A DNA stretch of 64,000 bases, taken from contig CAWJIE010000003.1 in the NCBI GenBank assembly GCA_963842885.1, forward strand, positions 480,001-544,000, given 5' to 3'. Position numbers and translations under genes: made by a program. The notes under the pieces were generated by a model that was not told the origin of the DNA, did not search any database, and worked only from the letters and a program-made list of their open reading frames with translations. This document shows positions 1-9,639 of this stretch, in pieces. Position 1 is the stretch's first letter. Every line of letters starts with the position of its first letter. Source of the DNA: an uncultured Nitrososphaerota archaeon (GTDB lineage: Archaea > Thermoproteota > Nitrososphaeria > Conexivisphaerales > DTJL01).

Positions 1-33
1 CTAATAGACCCCCGGGTAGAAGGGAACATAGTT

Positions 34-1269
34 TCAAAGGCCCTTGACACTTTGATCGGCGGCGTACTTTATCTGCCGCTCAAGCATAGGCGGAAGGCCG
101 GGCACCTTGACTTCTAGGAAGCCCCTGACTAGCACTGACACAGCCTCGTCCCTCCTCAGGCCCTTTGACATCAGGTAGAAGATCTCTTCTTCGGCCAGCT
201 TCCCTACGGCTGCCTCATGCGTCAACTCTACGTCGCTTGCTGTGGAGTCGAGCTCCGGGACCGCCGTTATCCTAGAGGTGTCGCTCAGCATCAGCCCACG
301 GCATTCGATGTGGCCCTTGCTGCCGCTGGACCTGGCATGGATTCTGGCCCTCGCCACGATCCTGGAGTGGTCCTTCGAAATGCACTTCGAAATGATCTCG
401 GCCTTCGATTCCTTGCCCGTCATCAACACTGAAGAGCCCAAGTCTATGTCGGCGGAGGCCTTCCCCACGACGAGCGACGACAGAAAGGCCCTCGCTTTGT
501 CCCCTTTGAGATGCACCGAAGGGTACATCTGGATGCTGGCGAGACCTTTGGAGCTCAGATTGATGTAGCTGCTTATGAAGGCGCCCCCGTCTTCGACCAC
601 GGCGGCCGTCCTGGGACGGACGTTCGTCGTAGGGGCCCAGTCATGTATCATCGTGAAGGTGACCGTTGCCCCCTTCTTGACGTAGAATTCAGTTATCCCG
701 ACGTGTAGACCCACCGCTTCGGGCACTATCCCACAGCCGGTCACGACGTGAACGGTCGACCCCTCCTCCGCCACCACTACGTTGTGGGGGGCCTGGAAGG
801 AAATGGGGGACTTGATGAAGAGGCACGTCTGCACAGGGAGCTCCACCACCTGCCCCGGCTTCGTAAGTATGACGTAGCCCGCCTTGCCGAAGAGCTTAGC
901 TGACGCTGTGAACTTGTCCTGCCCCACATCGATCAGTTTCCAGTAGTAGTCCTGGACGAAGTGCTCGTCCTGCAGCGCCTCCTCCAAGGTGAGGAGTTCG
1001 AGATTCGGATACAGCTTCTTCCTGTAGATGACCGAATTATCAAACTGGACGTACGTCCCCGCCTTGGACTGCTCATTGGAGTCGATTCCGATGCCGTTCA
1101 ACTGTCTCAGTGTGCCATCGGGCAGGTCCTCCATCCTTTCGATCTTCTCGGAGGTCTCAGTCGGGCCCACGTATTTCCGTACGTCGACGTAAGAGCCGAA
1201 CGCGGGCTCTACAGCCAATGACCCCTTGGCTCGCGTATTCAGTTCGTCTGTCCGGCGAAGCTCGCTCAT
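34..1269 (-). CDS. sufB: Fe-S cluster assembly protein SufB/SufD family
   Basis: 411 aa with C-terminal GHIECRGLML and VPEL..ELTHEAAVGKLAEEEIFYLMSKG motifs; overlaps the sufC stop. Confidence 0.9.
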   Translation of the reverse strand: MSELRRTDELNTRAKGSLAVEPAFGSYVDVRKYVGPTETSEKIERMEDLPDGTLRQLNGIGIDSNEQSKAGTYVQFDNSVIYRKKLYPNLELLTLEEALQDEHFVQDYYWKLIDVGQDKFTASAKLFGKAGYVILTKPGQVVELPVQTCLFIKSPISFQAPHNVVVAEEGSTVHVVTGCGIVPEAVGLHVGITEFYVKKGATVTFTMIHDWAPTTNVRPRTAAVVEDGGAFISSYINLSSKGLASIQMYPSVHLKGDKARAFLSSLVVGKASADIDLGSSVLMTGKESKAEIISKCISKDHSRIVARARIHARSSGSKGHIECRGLMLSDTSRITAVPELDSTASDVELTHEAAVGKLAEEEIFYLMSKGLRRDEAVSVLVRGFLEVKVPGLPPMLERQIKYAADQSVKGL

Positions 1270-2063
1270 CCGAGGTCAGCTCCTCCTTCCTTGGCAGGCT
1301 CTCCGGCCGCCGGCTGCCGTCTTCCGTAGCACTGGACGCACCAGTCGAAGCCGTGCTTCATGACGTCGTTCACCAGGCCCTCCGTTTCTCCATAGCAGAT
1401 TATCTTTCCGCTTTGCATCAGGTAGGTCCTCTGGGCCAATACGTATCTTGATATGTGTCCCGTATGCGTCACTATCAGCGCCGAAGGTCTTTCGCCCGCG
1501 TTTCCAGGACCGGGGCCTATGAGTTCGTTGATGGCTCCGCCCACAGTGGCCATATTCTCCACATCCACGCCCGAATCTGGCTCATCTATCAACGAGAGAG
1601 TGGGCCTCTGGAGCAGGAGGAAGAAGAGCTCCGCCCGCTTTATCTCGCCACCACTGAAGCCGACGTGAATGTCCCTGTCGAGGAAGCCGCTGAGGCTCAG
1701 GAGAGAAGCTGCCTTCTCCACGTTTGCCTGGCCACCCTGGGTATGTTGGAGCCTATTGGCCAAGCTTCGTAACGTGACGCCTCTTATCCTGGGTGGGAAC
1801 TGGAAGGACACGCCCAGACCAAGCAACGCCCTTTCCTCGGTCGGCAACGATGTTACGTCTTTCCCATTGAAACGGATGGTCCCACTCTTTACCTTGTAGT
1901 TCGGATGTCCCAGTATAGAAAGGATCAGAGATGACTTCCCGGAGCCGTTGGGTCCCATCAGCAAGGCCGTCTCCCCGAAGCCTATCGACAGTGACAGGTC
2001 GTTGAGGACCCTCTTGCCCTCGACGTCTACTGTGAGGCCACTTACGTCTAGCAACATCGGCAT
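1266..2063 (-). CDS. sufC: Fe-S cluster assembly ABC ATPase SufC
   Basis: Walker A GPNGSGKS, GFSGGEIKR signature, DEPDSGVD; operon with sufB. Confidence 0.92.
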   Translation of the reverse strand: MPMLLDVSGLTVDVEGKRVLNDLSLSIGFGETALLMGPNGSGKSSLILSILGHPNYKVKSGTIRFNGKDVTSLPTEERALLGLGVSFQFPPRIRGVTLRSLANRLQHTQGGQANVEKAASLLSLSGFLDRDIHVGFSGGEIKRAELFFLLLQRPTLSLIDEPDSGVDVENMATVGGAINELIGPGPGNAGERPSALIVTHTGHISRYVLAQRTYLMQSGKIICYGETEGLVNDVMKHGFDWCVQCYGRRQPAAGEPAKEGGADLG

Positions 2064-2164
2064 GGTGATTGGATGCCCCGATAGTTAATCCTTCTGCGAA
2101 GCGAGGGCGGAGGTGAGTAGAGAGCTGGTCAGGTGGGAGCTGCGGAGCTTGGCTCCACTTTGAA

Positions 2165-2191
2165 AGGGACGCCATAAGGGCCTCGAAGGCC
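2165..2191 (+). repeat. Module gene B fragment (RDAIRASKA)
   Basis: agggacgccataagggcctcgaaggcc matches gene B agggactcgttcagggcctcgaaggcc and the 6237-6440 remnant. Confidence 0.6.
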
Positions 2192-2347
2192 ACGGTCTCC
2201 ATTTACGGCTGTGATACCGATGCGCTCTCGTCTATGTACGGGCTTCTGGTCAGGAATGGGACGAACGGGCATGAGGGATACGGCTTTACGAATACACGAG
2301 GCAACTATTATGGCAAGACCCAACTTAGCGGCCATCTTCGTACCTTC

Positions 2348-2396
2348 GGCGGCCTCGCCCCCTAGACTGCTTGTCGGCCTTCTTCTGCTCGACCTG
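2348..2396 (-). repeat. Module gene A fragment
   Basis: ggcggcctcgccccctagactgcttgtcggccttcttctgctc aligns with ggccgcctcgtccctggacagcttgtcggccctcttctgctc of the 52905 copy. Confidence 0.75.
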
Positions 2397-2435
2397 TGTG
2401 CCGTTAAATGTCGTGAGAAGCTCTTACTTTGGACC

Positions 2436-3389
2436 TTGAAGGAGGGGTTTCACTATGTTTACGAGCGCAACGGGAACGGCAGGGAGCGCTACGTCTATTA
2501 TTGTTCGGCCTGCTCGTGCGTCCTGGGCGTCAGGAAGGAGGTCCAGTCCGTCGGCGACCTGATGGACGGCCTCGAAGGGAAGTGCCCCGGATGCGGGAAC
2601 ACTTTGGAAGGGTCGATGGAATGCCGCTTCATCAAGGTGGCCGACGAATGGTCGGACATCGACCTGGCTCCACCTCGCAGGAGCAACGGGGAGCGCGTCG
2701 CCTTCCACCGGGCGTCCACGCTCATGCCCTTCTCGCTTGGCTTCCCAAAGCTCGACCTGCTGGTCCAGCCCTTGGGCCCCGGCAAGCTGCTGATGCTCAC
2801 AAGCGGCGGCGCGCCCGTCGCAGCGGAGCTGGCGACGCTCAGGGCCCAGCTATCATATGAGAGGGGAGGCCTCGATTCGACTTCGGTCTTCGTGGACGGG
2901 GGGAACTGCTCCCATCCGTACCTGTTCGCCTCCTTCGCCCGCCAGCATGGAATGGACCCGAAGAGGGCTCTGAGGAGGGTCGTGACGTGTAGGGCCTTCA
3001 CGATGTACCAGTTGGCTGACCTCGTTTCGAACCATTTGATTGATGCCGTAGACGAGAACGCGTCGAAGCTCGTAGTCATAGCCGACCTCCTTGGCACATT
3101 CAACGAGCCGGGGCTGGACTGGAGGGAGGCCGGACGGCTCCTGGACGCCGTGAAGGGCGGCCTAGACAGGCTGCTGGCCAGGGACGTACATGTCCTCTGC
3201 ACTCTCGCCTCTCCCAGTAGGCTAGACAATCTGGTCTTCCCCTGGGCGGACAAGCTTGTGGAGATGCCCGTCCTGAACGGAACGGTGCGCGCTAGGCTTG
3301 TCAGGGGGACCCCGAAGTTCAGGGCGACATGCGATTTCAAGATGGAAGACCTGCTCAGGTCTGCCTTGGTCAGGGCGGTGGCCCGCTGA
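2436..3389 (+). CDS. Zn-ribbon plus inactivated RadA/RecA-like ATPase of the PolB2 cassette
   Basis: CSAC/CPGC, then SLGFPKLDLL, VFVDGGN, RAFTMYQL; degenerate Walker A. TTG start at 2436 preferred (TTAAAT ~27 nt upstream; the longer ORF from 2211 runs through a repeat remnant). Confidence 0.75.
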   Translation: MKEGFHYVYERNGNGRERYVYYCSACSCVLGVRKEVQSVGDLMDGLEGKCPGCGNTLEGSMECRFIKVADEWSDIDLAPPRRSNGERVAFHRASTLMPFSLGFPKLDLLVQPLGPGKLLMLTSGGAPVAAELATLRAQLSYERGGLDSTSVFVDGGNCSHPYLFASFARQHGMDPKRALRRVVTCRAFTMYQLADLVSNHLIDAVDENASKLVVIADLLGTFNEPGLDWREAGRLLDAVKGGLDRLLARDVHVLCTLASPSRLDNLVFPWADKLVEMPVLNGTVRARLVRGTPKFRATCDFKMEDLLRSALVRAVAR

Positions 3390-3649
3390 TGGGGAGGACC
3401 GTTCCTTCTTTCAGGATCGCTGAGGCCCAAGAAGCCGAAGAGTGGAAGGCCTTCAGGAGGGCTCTCCCCAAGGGAGAGAGAAAGCTCTTCGACGAAATGC
3501 TGGACACCGCCCGGCTCTACATTTCAGCCTCTTCCTCCGCCGTGAGGACCTCTCGATTCGAAGGCGTGGCCATGGCCCTCCTCTTCCATCACTTCAGGGA
3601 ACTCAGGGAGATCATGGAGCTCACCGGAGAAGGGAGGGGCGCCGTGTGA
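3389..3649 (+). CDS. Small helical PolB2-associated protein (arCOG07300-like)
   Basis: MGRTVPSFR..EW..FRRAL...ERKLFDEM motif; ATG overlaps upstream TGA. Confidence 0.8.
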   Translation: MGRTVPSFRIAEAQEAEEWKAFRRALPKGERKLFDEMLDTARLYISASSSAVRTSRFEGVAMALLFHHFRELREIMELTGEGRGAV

Positions 3650-3897
3650 GCCTGGACGGAGGGGAGATGCTCAAGGAGATGGAGAGCTGGAGGGGCTTTG
3701 GGGACGCCCTTCGCGCGGAGGACAGGGAGCTCTTCAGAGAGATGATGAGGCAATGCCAGGAGCTCCTCCCCGCCATGGAGGCCAAGTCCTCCCCCTTCCC
3801 CAGCGAGGCGCTCTTCATGGGCCTCATCTTCCTCCAGCACAAGACCATCCTCTGGCTGCAGAAGGAAGTGGAAAGGCTCGGGCGCGAGCGGGGATGA
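3646..3897 (+). CDS. Second PolB2-associated small protein paralog
   Basis: ESWRGFGDALRAEDRELFREMM...PFPSEALFMGLIF; GTGA and ATGA overlaps on both sides. Confidence 0.75.
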   Translation: MSLDGGEMLKEMESWRGFGDALRAEDRELFREMMRQCQELLPAMEAKSSPFPSEALFMGLIFLQHKTILWLQKEVERLGRERG

Positions 3898-6143
3898 ATG
3901 GCTGGGTCCTTGACCTCTACCCGGGGGACCCCGGTGAGATGGTCGTCTGGCTGAAGGAGGGGGCTAACAGGGCGACCAGGCTCGTGGACCGATGGACTCC
4001 CCCGTTCTACGTGGCCTGCGACTCCAAGGACGATTTAAGGGCCCTGGCCGGAGAGGAATGGCTGGCTTCGGAGGCGGAACGGTTGGCCTTCGTCGCCAGA
4101 TATGCGAAGGTCACCGACAGGGAGAGGAGCGAAGTCCTCGAGATCAAGGTCAGGGACGCCAAGGCCATGCTGCGCCTCGCCGCCAAGGTGGAGGGCTCGA
4201 AGCCCTTCGGCTTCTACAGGATATACAATGCCGACGTGCCCCCCGCGCAGACCTACCTATACGAAAGGGACCTCTTCCCCCTGGCATACTGCAAGGTGAA
4301 CGAATCCGGGGGCGGGCTCGAATGGCAGCTCCAGGACGACGTCTGGTCCTGCGACTACCCTCCCCCTCCCCTCTCGACGGCCTTCCTGCGCGTCGAGATA
4401 GACAGGGAAGGCATCCTGCCGCGGAACAGCGACTCAATCAAGAGAATCAGTCTCAAGGCTAAAGGAAAGGAGAGGCTCATAGATTCCGGTCCCGAGGGCG
4501 AGAAGCTGAGGGCCTTGGTGGAAGCCCTGAAGGAGGTCGACCCCGACATCCTCTTCACCGATGGTGGGGACTCCTTCCTCTTCCCCTACCTTGCCGGCCG
4601 GGCCCGCGAACTTGGCGCCTATGATGAGCTGGTCTTGGGCAGAGACGGGGGGAAGCTGGAGCTTCCCTCCAGGGCTGGCACCTCCTTCTTCAGCTATGGC
4701 AGGATCCAGTACCGTTCCTCCACGGTCGGGCTCAGGGGAAGGATACACGTGGACGTCGCCAACTCCTTCGCCGTCTCCGAGGTGGGGTTGGACGGCCTCT
4801 ACGAGCTCTCTAGGACCTGCAGGATGCCCCTCCACACCTCCAGCAGGGCCAGCATCGGGAGGGCCCTTTCCTCCATCCAGTTCTACCATGCCTTCAGGCA
4901 GGGCCTCTTGGTGCCCTGGAAGCCCACCCTGGCGGAGCACTTCAAGAGCAGGCTGGAGCTGCTGGTGGCGGACAGGGGAGGCTTCATCTTCGAGCCCCGG
5001 CTGGGTCTCTATGAAGGAATCGCCGAATTTGACTTCTCCGCGCTCTACCCCAACATCATGCTGAAGAAGAACATCTCGGGGGAGACGGTGAAGTGCGACT
5101 GCTGCCCCGACTCGAAGAACAGGGTCCCTGAGCTGGGGTGGAACGTGTGCGAGAGGAGGGTGGGGATAGTCCCCCGGGCCATGGAGATCGTCGTCGGGAA
5201 GAGGCTGCGATACAAGAAGCTCAAGGCGGAGGCGAGGAGCGAAGAGGAGAGGGCGAAGTACGACGGCAGGCAGATGGCGCTGAAGTGGATTGGTGTCTGT
5301 TCATTCGGTTATCTCGGTTACAACAACGCCAAATTCGGGAGGATCGACGCCCACATCGCCGTCTGCGCCTGGGACAGGAAGATTCTCCTCGATTCGGCTA
5401 GGGTGGCCGAGGCGAAGGGCTTCAGGGTGATTCATGGCATCGTGGATTCCCTCTGGGTCAAGAAGGAGGGGGCGACCGAAGGAGACTGCCTGGAGCTCAA
5501 AGACGAGATAGAGAGGGCGACGGGCTTCGACCTCTCCTTCGAAGGTGTGTACAGGTGGATGGCCTTCCTCCCGTCGAAGGTCAACCCCTCCCTCCCGGTC
5601 TCGAACAGGTACTTCGGGGCGTACAGGAGCGGCGAGCTGAAGGTGAGGGGGATAGAGGCCAGGAGGCACGACACCCCTCTCCTCTTCACGAAGTGCCAGA
5701 TGGAAATGCTTTCCGTCCTAGCGAAGGCTTCGGGAGCCGAAGAGGCCAAGAGGATGGTCCCAGATTGCGTCTCCATCTTTGAAAGATATGCCCAGGCCAT
5801 CATTAGAGGCGAAGTGTCCGCGGAGGAGCTGGTCATCTCGAGGAGCCTGTCGAAGGTCCCATCGGAGTACCTCTCCGACACGCTAGAGGCGTCAGCGGCC
5901 TCGCGGTTGGAGGAAGCGGGGCTGGAGCTGCACCCCGGACAGAGCGTAGGGTACGTCATAGCGGACTACGAATCGAAGGGGAGAAGGTACAGGACCGTTC
6001 CGGCTGAGCTTCTCGACGCCCGAAGCCGATACGACCGCCGAAGGTACGTGGAGCTCCTTGCCGAAGCCTCCGCCACCGTCCTCGAACCCTTCGACTCGCC
6101 GTTAGCTTCGCGACTTCAAATGATGCGGGTGCCAGCTGACTAG
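3894..6143 (+). CDS. polB2: Family B DNA polymerase, PolB2 group
   Basis: DFSALYPNIM, KWIGVCSFGYLGY and HGIVDS in place of YGDTDS; degenerate exonuclease; ATG at 3894 overlaps previous stop. Confidence 0.9.
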   Translation: MNGWVLDLYPGDPGEMVVWLKEGANRATRLVDRWTPPFYVACDSKDDLRALAGEEWLASEAERLAFVARYAKVTDRERSEVLEIKVRDAKAMLRLAAKVEGSKPFGFYRIYNADVPPAQTYLYERDLFPLAYCKVNESGGGLEWQLQDDVWSCDYPPPPLSTAFLRVEIDREGILPRNSDSIKRISLKAKGKERLIDSGPEGEKLRALVEALKEVDPDILFTDGGDSFLFPYLAGRARELGAYDELVLGRDGGKLELPSRAGTSFFSYGRIQYRSSTVGLRGRIHVDVANSFAVSEVGLDGLYELSRTCRMPLHTSSRASIGRALSSIQFYHAFRQGLLVPWKPTLAEHFKSRLELLVADRGGFIFEPRLGLYEGIAEFDFSALYPNIMLKKNISGETVKCDCCPDSKNRVPELGWNVCERRVGIVPRAMEIVVGKRLRYKKLKAEARSEEERAKYDGRQMALKWIGVCSFGYLGYNNAKFGRIDAHIAVCAWDRKILLDSARVAEAKGFRVIHGIVDSLWVKKEGATEGDCLELKDEIERATGFDLSFEGVYRWMAFLPSKVNPSLPVSNRYFGAYRSGELKVRGIEARRHDTPLLFTKCQMEMLSVLAKASGAEEAKRMVPDCVSIFERYAQAIIRGEVSAEELVISRSLSKVPSEYLSDTLEASAASRLEEAGLELHPGQSVGYVIADYESKGRRYRTVPAELLDARSRYDRRRYVELLAEASATVLEPFDSPLASRLQMMRVPAD

Positions 6144-6236
6144 AGTCGACTGCGATGTTGATTCCCTCCGTTAAACCGAATGCGACCGGCTAGGCCTCGG
6201 GCTCAATCTGTTGAGGTAACACGAACCCTTCTCCGC

Positions 6237-6440
6237 TGCCAGCCCACAGTCATAGTGGTCATGGAGGAATACGACCGCCAAGAAGAGCCCATCCTCGACA
6301 CGTTGAGTACGTCCTCCACCGCCGCAGGGGGGTTGACCAGGTACGTCATCTTCTCCGCCGTTTCGCGGAACGGCATGGCCCGGGCTGACCTCAGGGACTC
6401 CATAAGGGCTTCGAAGTCGCTACTCCTCGTCCCGAAGCTC
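6237..6440 (+). pseudogene. Degraded fragment of module gene B
   Basis: CQPTVIVVMEEYD..TRYVIFSAVSRNGMARADLRDSIRASK aligns with gene B CQPLLIVVMGAYV..TKYVVFYAISWNGVAWAEHRDSFRASK. Confidence 0.85.
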
Positions 6441-6564
6441 ACGGTGCGAGCGTGCATGGTCGTTGGACAAGCCTATGGTCCTGATAGTGACTAGTGGTGG
6501 TATAGGGGCGGTGGGGCTTGCCGTCAGCCCCGCGTCCCATGCGAAGGAGGATTCGTAAACATGC

Positions 6565-7074
6565 TTACAGCAAGCCCAGCGTGAAGAGCTTCAGCCTGAG
6601 GATCAGGCCGAAGGTCAACGGGTTGGAGTGCCGCTCCCTTCCCCACGGGAATTCGTCGACGCAATCGGGATTCGAGCAGAGGAGCTGAACAGGGTGGCCA
6701 ATGAGGAGCTGCCTCACCTGCTCGTCGTCGAGGATCGCCGTCACATCGGTGCCACACCTGCCGCATTTCACCTTGTAACTTCCCTCTAGAAGCTCCACGA
6801 TACGCTCCGGCAGCTTGGAGATGGCTTCGCTCAAGGCCCGCTGCGTCTTCTCGTGCGACTCGGCTAGCTCGCCTTTCGACTCGGCGAGCTCCTCCCTCAT
6901 TCGCCCGAGTTCGAGGTCCCCCTCGCTGACCGCTTCCCTGAGCCGTGCGATCTCCCCGTCCTTGGCCTTCAATCTCTCCCTGTAGAGCCTATCCAGCTCC
7001 TTCAAACCGGCCAGAATGGCGTCGACGTCTCTGCGGTACGGCGGTTCCTCGGGTTTCTCCACGCCCTCCACCAT
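6565..7074 (-). CDS. Coiled-coil plus Zn-finger hypothetical protein
   Basis: Heptad-rich N-half, CGRC and CSNPDC motifs. Confidence 0.65.
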   Translation of the reverse strand: MVEGVEKPEEPPYRRDVDAILAGLKELDRLYRERLKAKDGEIARLREAVSEGDLELGRMREELAESKGELAESHEKTQRALSEAISKLPERIVELLEGSYKVKCGRCGTDVTAILDDEQVRQLLIGHPVQLLCSNPDCVDEFPWGRERHSNPLTFGLILRLKLFTLGLL

Positions 7075-7172
7075 GTCCGATATCTATTTAGTGAACGCCT
7101 CCTCTAAACGGTTTCTCTGTCGGACGGTGCTTAGCTTCAAGGAGGATACACGTATATCGTTCGGCAGGTAAG

Positions 7173-8126
7173 ATGAAACATAGCATGCTGACCATAGAGG
7201 GCCTTTCCAAGGAGTTCGGAGCGACGAAGAAGGTCCCCGCCCTGAAGTCGGTGAACCTCGAGGTCAACAAGGGAGAGATTGTCGGTTTCGTGGGGTTGAA
7301 CGGTGCAGGGAAGACCACCACCATAAGGATCGTGGCCGGAGTCATCCGGCCGACCTCCGGCTCCGTCCGCGTCGAAGGCCTGGACGCCTTCAACGACCAT
7401 GAGAAGGCCGCAGAGCTCTTCTCCTGGGTCCCCGAGAACCCCATCTTCGACCTCGGCTCGAACGCGCGGAACTGGCTCCTCTACATATCGAGGTTCGGGT
7501 CGAAGGAGGTATCCACTTCCCAGGTGGACGAGGCACTCGCCAAGGTGGGCCTTGGTGATAAGGGGCGCGTAAAGCTGAAGGCCTATTCCTTGGGGATGAA
7601 GAGGAGGCTGGCCCTCGCTCAGGCCTTCCTCGAGGAGCCTCAGCTCCTGCTCATGGACGAAGCCATGAACGGACTTGACCCTGAGGGGATGCACTTCTTC
7701 AGGGAGACAGTCAGGGACTTCAGGAACAAGGGAGGAGCCATCCTCCTTTCGTCCCATGTTCTAACGGAGATCTCGGGAGTCTCCGACAGGGTCTCCTTCC
7801 TACACAGGGGTACGACCTTCGACACGAAGACCCTCGACGAGCTGAAGCAGGAGTTCCAGGCCACTCACGGCGGCGCAGTGACCTTCGAAGTCCAGGGGCT
7901 CGCCGGCCCGGACCTCGACGAGATAGGGAGGCTCTCCGGCGGGAAGGCCTCCTACGACGGGAAGGCCCTGGAGCTGAAGACAGCCGACGAATCCGTGGTT
8001 TCGGCCGTCAACAGGTACCTCGTGAGCGCCGGCCGCACCGTCACTGGCATAAGGCGGGCGGACTTCAACCTGGAGCAGCTCTTCCTGGACAAGGTGCATG
8101 AAGCCGACGGGAGGCTGGGAGCATGA
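7173..8126 (+). CDS. ABC-2 type transporter ATP-binding protein
   Basis: GLNGAGKT, YSLGMKRR, LMDE, SSH motifs. Confidence 0.92.
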   Translation: MKHSMLTIEGLSKEFGATKKVPALKSVNLEVNKGEIVGFVGLNGAGKTTTIRIVAGVIRPTSGSVRVEGLDAFNDHEKAAELFSWVPENPIFDLGSNARNWLLYISRFGSKEVSTSQVDEALAKVGLGDKGRVKLKAYSLGMKRRLALAQAFLEEPQLLLMDEAMNGLDPEGMHFFRETVRDFRNKGGAILLSSHVLTEISGVSDRVSFLHRGTTFDTKTLDELKQEFQATHGGAVTFEVQGLAGPDLDEIGRLSGGKASYDGKALELKTADESVVSAVNRYLVSAGRTVTGIRRADFNLEQLFLDKVHEADGRLGA

Positions 8127-9535
8127 ACAAGGCCCTCCTCGTCTTCACCAGGGAGCTCGTGAGGCAGCTGAAGAACTGGAAGGTGATAGTCGTCGTCGCC
8201 CTCATGTTCGCCCTGCTCATCTCGATTACGGCCTCATACTCGGTCTCCGTCGGTCAGCCCTCATTCAGCCAGCTCACGACCATGGCCGTCCCCATCAACG
8301 ACACCGGCTTCCTCGGCGTCAAGGCGTACGTCGTCGACGGCGTGGGCAACCCTGTCTCGGTCCACCTCACCGTGGAGAACGACACGATCCCGCAGACGCC
8401 TCCCTACCAGCCGACCGCGATCGAGAGCTTCGACCTTTACACGGGCTCCGACGGCTTCGGATACGTCAAGACCAACATGAGCTACTCAGATTTCAACGCC
8501 CAGTTCAACGGCACCATGCCCTCCTACGAAATCATGCTGGTCATCAGGAGCGGCTCCAGCACCTCTTCGAGCTCGCTCGGCGGAGGCTTCTACGACCCCG
8601 GCAACGTGTCGGTGGAGAGCGCCTCCGTCGTCTCCCCCACCAACTCCTCGATCCCCGGCATCGTGCTGTGGGGGATGAACCAGGACGGCACCCCCCTAGA
8701 GGCCAAGGTCTACGTCGGAGGGGTCTATGAGGGCGACCTCTCCAACGGCACCTTCAAGGGCTTCTACGACGTCAACAACGCCCCGGTGACGGTTTCCTAT
8801 GGCTCCGAGGCCAATTTGACCGTCGGCACGATCTACAGCAGCTCGAACAACTACCAGGCTCCCACGGCCGACGTGCTCATGCTTTCGGTGAGCCAGAGCT
8901 TCCTTTCCTTCTTCGTGCCCATCGCGGCCATCATCGCCGGATACGACGCCCTCGCGAAGGAAAAGGTCAGCGGGGCCATCGAGCTGGTCATCTCCAGGCC
9001 CGTGTCCAAGAGCAAGGTGTACTGGGGAAAGACGGGAGGGGCCCTCGCGGCCATGGCGGCCTACTTCCTCATGGCCTCGGCCATCTTCTACCTGTTCGCC
9101 CTCCATGTCGGCATCTCCCTCACCCTGGGCGAGCTCGCCTTCATGTTCGCGGGGACGCTCTTCCTGCTCTTCGTCTTCATCTTACTCGAGTCCATCACTG
9201 GGTTCTTCGGCAGGAGCGCATCAGGCCCCATAGTCTGGGGGATCCTGTTCTGGGTGATCTTCAACGTCGTCTTCAGCATGATCTCGGTCATCCCCGTCCT
9301 GCTCACCGGGGGCTCCACCAGCTCGGCCTACGCCGTGGCCTTCGAGAACCTCCTGAGCCTCTGCAACCCCATCAGGGTGGCCACGCTGATAATGGGCCTC
9401 CCCTTCTTCGGCGGCTCCAGCTCCTTCATGTTCAACTCGTATGGCCTCTCTCAAGCCGAGGTCGTAGTCAGCGCCTTCATCTGGGTGGTCGTCATCGCTG
9501 CCCTCTTCGTCCTGGTGATAAGGAAGAAGGAGTAA
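8123..9535 (+). CDS. ABC-2 type permease with large extracellular domain
   Basis: N-terminal TM, S/T/N-rich loop, EKVSGAIELVISRPVSK, further TMs; ATGA overlap. Confidence 0.88.
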   Translation: MNKALLVFTRELVRQLKNWKVIVVVALMFALLISITASYSVSVGQPSFSQLTTMAVPINDTGFLGVKAYVVDGVGNPVSVHLTVENDTIPQTPPYQPTAIESFDLYTGSDGFGYVKTNMSYSDFNAQFNGTMPSYEIMLVIRSGSSTSSSSLGGGFYDPGNVSVESASVVSPTNSSIPGIVLWGMNQDGTPLEAKVYVGGVYEGDLSNGTFKGFYDVNNAPVTVSYGSEANLTVGTIYSSSNNYQAPTADVLMLSVSQSFLSFFVPIAAIIAGYDALAKEKVSGAIELVISRPVSKSKVYWGKTGGALAAMAAYFLMASAIFYLFALHVGISLTLGELAFMFAGTLFLLFVFILLESITGFFGRSASGPIVWGILFWVIFNVVFSMISVIPVLLTGGSTSSAYAVAFENLLSLCNPIRVATLIMGLPFFGGSSSFMFNSYGLSQAEVVVSAFIWVVVIAALFVLVIRKKE

Positions 9536-9639
9536 CGCTCCGCCGACGATGCCGTCCTCCCTTGAGCTTGTTCCGCGCTGGCCGGCTTCTTGATAGCCTT
9601 GCGCTGCTCGAAGGCTACGCCTTTCGTAGGCTTCCTCTC

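Noticed and set aside
2211-2435. N-terminal extension of the RadA-like ORF
   Set aside because: It runs through a gene A relic and upstream of a TATA-like box.
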